Positions 56,503 to 64,000 of a stretch of DNA of 64,000 nucleotides are shown here, in pieces. The DNA is taken from contig JBHLLP010000005.1 of NCBI GenBank assembly GCA_048885525.1, forward strand, positions 14,335 to 78,334, given 5' to 3'. The DNA is from Candidatus Hermodarchaeota archaeon. GTDB lineage: Archaea > Asgardarchaeota > Lokiarchaeia > Sigyniarchaeales > SOKP01. The notes below the pieces were generated by a model. The model was not told the DNA's origin, ran no database searches, and saw nothing but the letters and a program-made list of their open reading frames with translations. Position 1 is the stretch's first letter. Every line of letters starts with the position of its first letter. The translations under genes were made by a program, and so were the position numbers.

Positions 56503-57615
56503 GTGAAAATAGCAAATATTAAAATTAAATTGAATTTGTCAACACTAATAATAGTAGTTTTAGTTGGTTTTTATGCAACAAGTTTCTATGCCTCGATTGT
56601 GCAAAACGCACCATTACTTGAACTTTTAATTGTTGGCTTAATCAATGGAATAATTATCTTACTTTCGATATTAACCCATGAGTTATCTCATTCAATAGTT
56701 GCTCAAAAATTTGGACTAGGAGTTTCTGAAATTGAACTTTATTTGTTTGGGGGTGTTTCTAAAATAGAAGAAGAACCCAAAACACCTAAATCGGAACTAT
56801 TAATCGCCATTGTTGGTCCTTTGTCGAGTCTTTTAATAGGAATGTTTTTACTCATACTATCATTTTTGCCAATAACCTTGCCGACTATTTTATCGGTTAC
56901 ATTATTTTACTCAGGAATTTCTAATGTAGGATTAGGAATCTTTAATTTACTTCCAGCTTTTCCCATTGATGGTGGGCGATTATTAAGAGCTTTCTTATGG
57001 AAACGTCGTGATAATTTATTATCAGCCACGAAATCAGCTTCAAAGGTGGGTGTTGCTTTTGGTTATGGTTTGATGATATATGGAGTGTTTCAGATATTTA
57101 CTTTTGGATTCTTTAATGGTCTCTGGTTAATTCTAATAGGGTCATTTCTAAGAAACACCGCAAGGCAATCCTATAATCAGACTTTAAATGAAGTAGCTCT
57201 TTCAAACATAAGTGTTAAGGAACTCTTAAGTTTCCCTATTCAAATTCCCTTTGACATGATTTTATCAGATGCAATAAGAGAATATTTTTTAACATACAAA
57301 AGGGATTATTTCCCCGTTGTCCAAGGACAAAAAATAGTAGGAATTATTCACATAGCAGATGTTAGAAGAATCCCAATTCATCAGAGGACTAATTATATTA
57401 TAGGATACGTAATGAGGAAAATCTCAGAATTTCCTTACATTGATAGTAATCAAAGTGGCAAAGAAGCAATAAAAAAATTAAATCAATTAAGTGGACAAAC
57501 ACCTATTATAATAGTTCGAGAAGTAGATAATAATGAATTACTTGGATTCATTGGAAAGGAAGAATTAGCCTCTTCTTTGAAATATTGGACGCTCCATACG
57601 CAAGATTATAACTAG
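56503..57615 (+). CDS. Site-2 protease (M50) with C-terminal CBS domains
   Basis: HELSH, NLLPAFPIDGG, CBS pair. Confidence 0.92.
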   Translation: MKIANIKIKLNLSTLIIVVLVGFYATSFYASIVQNAPLLELLIVGLINGIIILLSILTHELSHSIVAQKFGLGVSEIELYLFGGVSKIEEEPKTPKSELLIAIVGPLSSLLIGMFLLILSFLPITLPTILSVTLFYSGISNVGLGIFNLLPAFPIDGGRLLRAFLWKRRDNLLSATKSASKVGVAFGYGLMIYGVFQIFTFGFFNGLWLILIGSFLRNTARQSYNQTLNEVALSNISVKELLSFPIQIPFDMILSDAIREYFLTYKRDYFPVVQGQKIVGIIHIADVRRIPIHQRTNYIIGYVMRKISEFPYIDSNQSGKEAIKKLNQLSGQTPIIIVREVDNNELLGFIGKEELASSLKYWTLHTQDYN

Positions 57616-57678
57616 GGCTAATGGTCTAGATTATTGGATTTTTTTTATTTTTTTTTAAATTTTTTTTAATTCAAGTGA

Positions 57679-58206
57679 TTATATATAAAAATTAAGTTCT
57701 TCAACACAAACGTCTTTCTCAGCATCATTTCCAAGAAAATTTATCTCTATTTTCTTTATATTATCTCCCAATAATTTTTGGAAAACAGTCTCAAAATATC
57801 CCTTATTAATCCTGCAAAATGCTTTTCCATAATCTAGTTTTTCCCGATGACTTATTGGTTTACGTAAAAAGCAATGATTTTCAATGACAATTCTATATCG
57901 ATCATTATATTGTTCAACATCTCGAACTTGGATTGAATAAAATTCTTTTAATTCATCCATTAGAATTACAAGAGCTTCCATTATCTCAAACTTTTCTTTT
58001 CCATATTCCTTTTTTATTCTATTTGCAATAATTGTCCCTGGATGGACTCCTGTTTGATATAGAATCGAAAGCAAGCTATTACGACCAAAAACATCATAAA
58101 CTTGATAGACTAACGATTCAGATATAATTTCGAATCCTTTGACAGAATCAATATTATCAATTGGATTGTATATTCTCTCATTTAACTCCTTTTTATATTC
58201 TTCCAA
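57679..58206 (-). CDS. V4R-like small-molecule/metal-binding domain protein
   Basis: LYQTG...ENHCF...FCRINKGY...CV: Cys spacing typical of V4R-like domains. Confidence 0.6.
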   Translation of the reverse strand: MEEYKKELNERIYNPIDNIDSVKGFEIISESLVYQVYDVFGRNSLLSILYQTGVHPGTIIANRIKKEYGKEKFEIMEALVILMDELKEFYSIQVRDVEQYNDRYRIVIENHCFLRKPISHREKLDYGKAFCRINKGYFETVFQKLLGDNIKKIEINFLGNDAEKDVCVEELNFYI

Positions 58207-58332
58207 TATAGAATACCCCTAACTTCTAAAATTTAGTTTGAGAACTATTCAATATCTTTTTAATAATTATTAGCATTTGATCTATTTAAAAACTTAATTC
58301 AAAAAAAAATGTTAATTATTAAAGAATAAATA

Positions 58333-58548
58333 TTATAAGATTGCGGTTTTTCGCTGGAACAAGAGTATACCCAGAAGAATTAAGCATATTCCCCATATGA
58401 AAATAAAGATCAAATTTAATCCAACTGGATCAAATGCCATACTACCATGAATCATTACAGCTCCCATGACTTCTGCTGCTAAAGATGTAGGTATAAAATC
58501 TACAAGTGGAACTGTAAGTAATCCTCCTAAAAATTCACTTTTATTTAC
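58333..58548 (-). pseudogene. C-terminal remnant of an ABC-2 type permease
   Basis: Stop-to-stop frame VNKSEFLGGLLTVPLVDFIPTSLAAEVMGAVMIHG...IWGICLILLGILLFQRKTAIL*, with no start codon before the homologous part. Confidence 0.55.
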
Positions 58549-58610
58549 TTAAATTTAAATTTTTCTACTTTAAAACAAAAAGAGTATAATGTCTAAATAA
58601 AGAGATAGTT

Positions 58611-59156
58611 TTAATTCATTAAATTATTTAATACTTTTTCAAATTCCTTGTAATCTGCTTCTGTCTCTAAACAAATTGATACATTTCTTAGATTTAAATT
58701 TTTTTCTATAAAATATTTTTTTATGGTTGGCAACATTGTTTCAGCACAAAATTTTGCGGTGATACCACGCATTTCAATAGATAGTGGGGGGATAACTATA
58801 GAGCTTAATCCTTTTTCATCTGCTAATTTTAATGAATTCCATGTGGCTAACATTAATTTCTTTCCCTCGTTTCCTTGACCTGGTCTTGGACCATTCGTGT
58901 GTATAATATTTTTTATGAAATTTCCTCCTGATGTCAATACACATGATCCTACAGAAATCTGAACGATCTTATTAATAATATTATTACATTCAACTTGAAC
59001 TTGTGTTCCAGCTTTTCTTAACACTCTACACCTTAATTCACCGCTAGGTAATAATCTACTATTAGTAGGAATAACGATGGCATCATAATATTCAATGTTA
59101 GTTAAATCTCCTACAAAAATTTCTATAATTGAATTGTTTAACATTATTTGATTCAT
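58611..59156 (-). CDS. Macro domain protein (degenerate active site)
   Basis: VGDLT, DAIVIPTN, TSGG, IIHTNGP, SIVIPPLS. Confidence 0.82.
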   Translation of the reverse strand: MNQIMLNNSIIEIFVGDLTNIEYYDAIVIPTNSRLLPSGELRCRVLRKAGTQVQVECNNIINKIVQISVGSCVLTSGGNFIKNIIHTNGPRPGQGNEGKKLMLATWNSLKLADEKGLSSIVIPPLSIEMRGITAKFCAETMLPTIKKYFIEKNLNLRNVSICLETEADYKEFEKVLNNLMN

Positions 59157-59249
59157 TAAAAATATAACCTAAGAAATTATATATATATCTTATTTTTAAA
59201 AAAACGTACCTAATTTAAAGAAGAACTAGTGTTTATTCATTTCTAACTT

Positions 59250-59729
59250 CTATGACTCATTAATCTCTTTTATTTTTTTAACTGCTTTCTCAACATTTTC
59301 ATCTATAATTCTAAGAACTTTCCTAAAAGTGTCATCTGAAGTATAATAAGGATCAATTATATCAATGTTATGGGTTTCTCCATTAAACTCTTTCAAAGTA
59401 AAAGTTTTTTTTTCAATATCCTTGACATTTAGAAATTTTTGTATTATTTCTTGGGAATATTTGATTTCCATTGTAAGTATTAAATCTTGTTTTTCTAATA
59501 AATGGCGATTAATAATTTTTGGCATAAAGTCTGAATGTTTAATTCCCTTAGAATCCAGATAATTGCGAGATTCTGGTTGTATATAAGAAAAAGCATTAAA
59601 AAAGCCACAAGAATCAAAATTCAAATTAACATTAAGTTTTTCAGCATAATAACGAGCTAAATATTCTGCTGCAGGAGATCTTGCAGTATTTCCTAGACAT
59701 ACAAAGAGAACTTGCTTTATTTTATTCAA
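59250..59729 (-). CDS. Low molecular weight protein phosphatase (LMW-PTP fold)
   Basis: P-loop VCLGNTARS, DLILTM, DIIDPYY. Confidence 0.9.
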   Translation of the reverse strand: MNKIKQVLFVCLGNTARSPAAEYLARYYAEKLNVNLNFDSCGFFNAFSYIQPESRNYLDSKGIKHSDFMPKIINRHLLEKQDLILTMEIKYSQEIIQKFLNVKDIEKKTFTLKEFNGETHNIDIIDPYYTSDDTFRKVLRIIDENVEKAVKKIKEINES

Positions 59730-59849
59730 GATTTATCAAATATAGATAGAAGTATATATCAAATAAAATTTGTGCGAACATACTGACATAAAGATTAAAT
59801 AAAAGATAAGCATAACGAATAATACTGAAATCAATACAATTTAGTCCTT

Positions 59850-61493
59850 ATGAGAAGTGAATCAATAAAAAACTGGTTTATCAAGGTATTCACGAGAGAT
59901 ATCAATTTACCACGAACCAATTTGGCATATTTATTTTTCTCTTTACTTGCTATTACATTAATAGCTGAAGCTTTTTTATTTAAGTATGCGGCTATAACAA
60001 GTGGTGTTTTATTTGTAGATGCAGAGATTTATATCCTATTATTTATACTTGCAGTTAGTTTTCTTATTTCTGGTATAATCATTGATTTCATAAGGAACAG
60101 AACAAAATATTTCAATATGATGCTATTAATTTGTATAATTGGATTATTTATAAGTGCCATTCCGCAAATTTATTTATATTATTTGGGTTTACTAATTATT
60201 CTATTAACGGTACCTCAATTAGTAATATCATGGTTTACCATATTAGTACATGAAACAAATATATTAAATAGAGGTAGATTAACAGCCTATTTGCTGATTT
60301 CTGGTTTTTCGTTAGGATTTATTTCTGTAATATTCATTATTTTTGAATTCTTATACCTCTTGTTAGGGGTTTTGGAATTTGGAGTATTTGCAATTATTTT
60401 TTGGTATTCAAGACAATATAAATATATAGAATCTAAAGAACGATTGAAATCGGAGAGAAAATATTTGAATATAATTTTTGAAAAGCATTTTTTTAGATAT
60501 TCATCTAGTTTTATGGTATTAAGCTTCATTTTAGGAGATTTATTGGCGAGATATAGTTTTCAAGTAGATTTAATGATATATGCAATGGCGTCTTTTGGAT
60601 ATCTCATAGTTGCAGGTTGTTTTTTAGATAATATTGGCCGTAAGACTTCAATAGTGCTAGGAATTTACGTTCTTTCATTTTTTCTTGTTTCTTCTGGTTC
60701 ATACATTGAAGCGGAGTTCATTTTTGGTATGCCAAGAAAAACACTTCTCTCTATTCATTATGGTTTTTCAATATTACCCCTTTTGCTAGCAATTTTAACA
60801 ATATCTGGGGATTTTTCTACAGAACGAGGAAATTTAAAGTTTAGGGGGCGTATAAATGGTCTTTTTATGTCACTATTATTTTTTGGAGCAATAATTGGTT
60901 TTATATTTAGTCATTGGATAAATAATTTATGGAAAGTTTCTTCCATTTTAAATGAATATTTACCAAACATTCCACATCTTTTAAATGGATTTATTCTTGT
61001 TTCTCTTTTAGTTTGGATGATGGCAATGAAAGAATTTCTCGTATCTAAAGAAAAGCAATGGGCAAATTCTCTTAAAAACATTTTTGTTTTTAATAAAAGT
61101 GGAGTTTGCCTTTATAATTACAGTTTTGAACACAAAAAAACAATAGAAGAAGAAACAGATGAATCAGACTTCGATGAAGATCTTATTTCGGGTGCTCTTT
61201 CAGGGATTATTACTATAATATCCGAAATAACTCACAGCAAAAGACAGCTTAGACAAATCCAAAAAGAAGAAGCCACTCTACTATTTACTTATGGAAAGTA
61301 TCATATAGTTGCATTGATAGCTTCTATGGAATTACCAGTTCTTTTTAAAAAGATTGATGATTTTTCAAGAGAATTTGAGCAAAAATTCCAAAAAGAACTA
61401 AAAAATTTTCAAGGCAATATTCAACGCTTCGAACCAGCAAGATTTCTCATAGTAAAGTATTTCAGTCAAAAATTTAATGAGTTTTCAAAATAA
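59850..61493 (+). CDS. MFS-fold polytopic membrane protein fused to a C-terminal longin-like domain (paralogue 1)
   Basis: About 12 TM; MFS motif GCFLDNIGRK, NRGR, RGRING; soluble C-terminus IFVFNKSGVCLY...DEDLISGALSGI...FSREFEQKF. Confidence 0.75.
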   Translation: MRSESIKNWFIKVFTRDINLPRTNLAYLFFSLLAITLIAEAFLFKYAAITSGVLFVDAEIYILLFILAVSFLISGIIIDFIRNRTKYFNMMLLICIIGLFISAIPQIYLYYLGLLIILLTVPQLVISWFTILVHETNILNRGRLTAYLLISGFSLGFISVIFIIFEFLYLLLGVLEFGVFAIIFWYSRQYKYIESKERLKSERKYLNIIFEKHFFRYSSSFMVLSFILGDLLARYSFQVDLMIYAMASFGYLIVAGCFLDNIGRKTSIVLGIYVLSFFLVSSGSYIEAEFIFGMPRKTLLSIHYGFSILPLLLAILTISGDFSTERGNLKFRGRINGLFMSLLFFGAIIGFIFSHWINNLWKVSSILNEYLPNIPHLLNGFILVSLLVWMMAMKEFLVSKEKQWANSLKNIFVFNKSGVCLYNYSFEHKKTIEEETDESDFDEDLISGALSGIITIISEITHSKRQLRQIQKEEATLLFTYGKYHIVALIASMELPVLFKKIDDFSREFEQKFQKELKNFQGNIQRFEPARFLIVKYFSQKFNEFSK

Positions 61494-61678
61494 TAAATAA
61501 TATACTCTCTTAAAACCCTTATTTTAACCTGTTTTAGTGATTTAAGTAATTATAGCAAAGATATTAAATAATAAGAACTTCTAAAAATAGTACAAATAAT
61601 AAAACTTGGCTAAATCTTTTATGTATGAGCGAATAATTTAATTTCATTGAGATTAAAAATAGAGTAATAACAAGAATT

Positions 61679-63349
61679 ATGAAAAAAAGTTTAAGATTTT
61701 GGATCAGTAAAGTATTTGCAAGAGATTTAAATTTAGAAAAAAATTCATTTCTTTATTTATTTTTCTCTTTTCTTGCTATTACATTTGTCATTGAGTATTT
61801 TATTCTCAAATTTATAGTTTGTATGAGGGTAGGATTAGAGAGAGAAATATTTTTCAATTTAACTTTATTTGGGATTTCAATATTTTTCTTAGCTTCTGGC
61901 TTTTTTGTTGATTTCATCAAAAACAAAACAAAGCTGTTCTATTTATCTCTAGTGGTTTGTATATTAGGGCTTTTTTTAATTACATTCGTAAATTTCTCAA
62001 TTAATCTAATTGGATTAGTGATTGTATTGATTACCATACCAGTATTAATCACTGTATGGTGTTCAACATTAGTTCATTCTACAAATATACTAAACAGAGG
62101 AAGAATAGTCGCTATAATTATTGTAATTTGTTATCTTCTCGGATTAATAGGACTTTTTTTTGTTTATTTCGAGAGTTTATTTATTTTTCTTATCGTTATA
62201 GAAGCTTTTCTTTTAATTATTATAATCTGGATTTCACGATTTTATAACTATACTGAAACTGAAAAAAGACTTACATCGGAAAAAAAATATTTCAATATAA
62301 TCTTTGAGAAACATTTTTCTCGATACTCAATTGGCTTTGCTTTTTTAAGTGGACTTCTTGGAGGTTTATTAAATGATACTTTAGGTTATTTTACACCTTT
62401 CGAAGGTTATAAGATTGAGATTATTACATTTTCAATAACATCTATTTTTTACGTTCTTGGTGCTGGTTGGTTTTTTGATACAGTTGGTCGAAAAAACACT
62501 TTGGTTATAGGCATTCTAATTGTCTCATTTTTTTATATAACACATGGCTCATTTTACGAAACTGCCCCTGAATTATCCGTTTTTGGCATATCAAAAGAAA
62601 TTCATATCTCTTTTCACTATGCATTCGCTCTTCTTCCACTTATATTAACAATAATTGTAATTTCTGGAGATTTTTCAACGGAACGAGGTAACTTAAAATA
62701 TAGAGGACGAATTAATGGTCTTTTTATAGCATTAATGTTTTTTGGTCTTGGAGTAGGATATTTATTATACAAAATGATAGAAATTCTTTATAACACGTTT
62801 CCTGATATGAGATCTTGGGTACCAGATGCTCCAAATCTACTTAATTCTTTTGTTTTAGTTATCACTCTAGTTTGGATAATGGCTGGAAAAGACATATTAG
62901 TCTCTAAAGAGCGGGATTGGGCGAAAACATTAAAAAGTATTTTTGTATTCAGTAATAGCGGAGTTTGTATATATAATCATAGTTTCATACGGAAATACCA
63001 ACCTAAAGAAGATGAAGAAGAGTGTGCATTTGACGAAGATCTAGTCTCCGGCGCATTGAGCGGAGTTATTACTATAATATCTGAAATTACTCGAAGCAAA
63101 AAGTATATTAAGAAAATTGACAAAGAAGGAAACCATCTTTTTTTTGCATTCGGAAAATATCATATTGCTGCTTTAATTGCCACTACAGATTTACCTGTTC
63201 TATTCAAGAAACTTGATAATTTTTCACAAGAGTTTGAGCATACTTTTTCTAAAGATCTTAAGAAGTTTCAGGGAAATATTCAGAAATTTGCATCAACTAA
63301 ATATATAATAAGAAAATATTTTAGTCAAAAATATTCAGAATTTTTCTAA
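61679..63349 (+). CDS. MFS-fold polytopic membrane protein fused to a C-terminal longin-like domain (paralogue 2)
   Basis: GWFFDTVGRK, NRGR, RGRING; C-terminus IFVFSNSGVCIY...DEDLVSGALSGV...FSQEFEHTF. Confidence 0.75.
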   Translation: MKKSLRFWISKVFARDLNLEKNSFLYLFFSFLAITFVIEYFILKFIVCMRVGLEREIFFNLTLFGISIFFLASGFFVDFIKNKTKLFYLSLVVCILGLFLITFVNFSINLIGLVIVLITIPVLITVWCSTLVHSTNILNRGRIVAIIIVICYLLGLIGLFFVYFESLFIFLIVIEAFLLIIIIWISRFYNYTETEKRLTSEKKYFNIIFEKHFSRYSIGFAFLSGLLGGLLNDTLGYFTPFEGYKIEIITFSITSIFYVLGAGWFFDTVGRKNTLVIGILIVSFFYITHGSFYETAPELSVFGISKEIHISFHYAFALLPLILTIIVISGDFSTERGNLKYRGRINGLFIALMFFGLGVGYLLYKMIEILYNTFPDMRSWVPDAPNLLNSFVLVITLVWIMAGKDILVSKERDWAKTLKSIFVFSNSGVCIYNHSFIRKYQPKEDEEECAFDEDLVSGALSGVITIISEITRSKKYIKKIDKEGNHLFFAFGKYHIAALIATTDLPVLFKKLDNFSQEFEHTFSKDLKKFQGNIQKFASTKYIIRKYFSQKYSEFF

Positions 63350-63373
63350 ATTTTTATTAAAATAAGTTAACTC

Positions 63374-63868
63374 TTATTCCTCGTTTCTATTAATTTCAAT
63401 AATTTTTTCCATGACCGTTAATACTGCTTTCTCGATCCTCTCTAGAATTTTATTATACTCATCTTGTGGTAGATGAAAAGGATCTTTTATCTCTAAATTC
63501 TCTTTTTCACCAGCATATTCTAATAATAAGAACACTTTATTGTTCAATCCTTTAAAATTCTTAAACTTTCTTTTCAATTTATTTATGTGATGCTTTTGTT
63601 CGAACCCTAAAATCAAATCTTGCTTCTCAAGTAAATGTAAATTAATTTTTTTTGTAGCAAAATCACTAATATCTATACCTTTTGACTTTAGATAATTAAT
63701 TGTTCCAGGCTGAGCAGTTTTGTAATAATGATAGATCCCCGCAGAATCAAATTCTACTTCCCTTAATTCTTTTTTAAACTTAGTTCTTTTTAACCAATTT
63801 GCATATGCCTCAGCAAAAGGACTTCTACAAGTGTTTCCCGCACAGTAAAAAAGAACGTGTTTTATCAT
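63374..63868 (-). CDS. Low molecular weight protein phosphatase (LMW-PTP fold)
   Basis: P-loop YCAGNTCRS, DSAG, DLILG, EIKDPF. ATG 63868 (MIKHVLF) is preferred over the ORF-track start at 63967. Confidence 0.9.
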   Translation of the reverse strand: MIKHVLFYCAGNTCRSPFAEAYANWLKRTKFKKELREVEFDSAGIYHYYKTAQPGTINYLKSKGIDISDFATKKINLHLLEKQDLILGFEQKHHINKLKRKFKNFKGLNNKVFLLLEYAGEKENLEIKDPFHLPQDEYNKILERIEKAVLTVMEKIIEINRNEE

Positions 63869-64000
63869 AGATATTTTTTGGTTTTTCGATAACTTAATTG
63901 GTAATAAATATTTTTTATCAAAAAAGAATTTTGAATAACTCCAAAAGGGAGCAAAAATATACAACAAAACAGAATAATAAAAGATTTTATAATACAGAGT

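Noticed and set aside
63869-63967. N-terminal extension of the last phosphatase in the ORF track
   Set aside because: LMW-PTPs begin a few residues before the P-loop, so ATG 63868 fits better.

Overview
AT-rich archaeal chromosomal segment, most consistent with a Lokiarchaeia (Asgard) genome. The evidence is a Loki-type profilin, four longin-like proteins, a longin-small GTPase fusion, a TPR-zinc finger protein, a geranylgeranyl reductase and a eukaryote-type SECIS. I found no rRNA, tRNA, transposase or CRISPR array. (1) The ORF track breaks or misses a selenoprotein operon: hdrA (6718-8694) has two in-frame TGA at conserved Cys positions, and mvhD/vhuD (8708-9166) has two more. One AUGA/GA kink-turn SECIS hairpin (9175-9248) and an FdhB/FrhB-like gene follow. 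(2) Two adjacent three-gene modules (23813-28330) each pair a divergent wHTH regulator with a paralogous 4-TM protein and an unrelated secreted protein. They share an identical promoter core but carry different 16-bp operators at the same position, making them a candidate undescribed signalling or antagonism system. (3) Two MFS-fold membrane proteins fused to C-terminal longin domains are bracketed by two LMW phosphatases, next to a degenerate macrodomain and a V4R-like gene (57679-63868); this is a candidate transceptor cassette. (4) Two giant surface proteins share Ig-like stalks, DxDxDG motifs and a conserved cytoplasmic tail; one is a tandem fusion with a homogenised head domain. (5) Recombination scars include a duplicated fdhB 3' end, an internally deleted M42 peptidase mini-gene and an ABC permease remnant. 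The rest is metabolic: AOR, a corrinoid methyltransferase pair, GH127, class I GAPDH, beta-oxidation enzymes, MFS transporters and GNATs. All family calls come from motif recognition by eye, not database searches.
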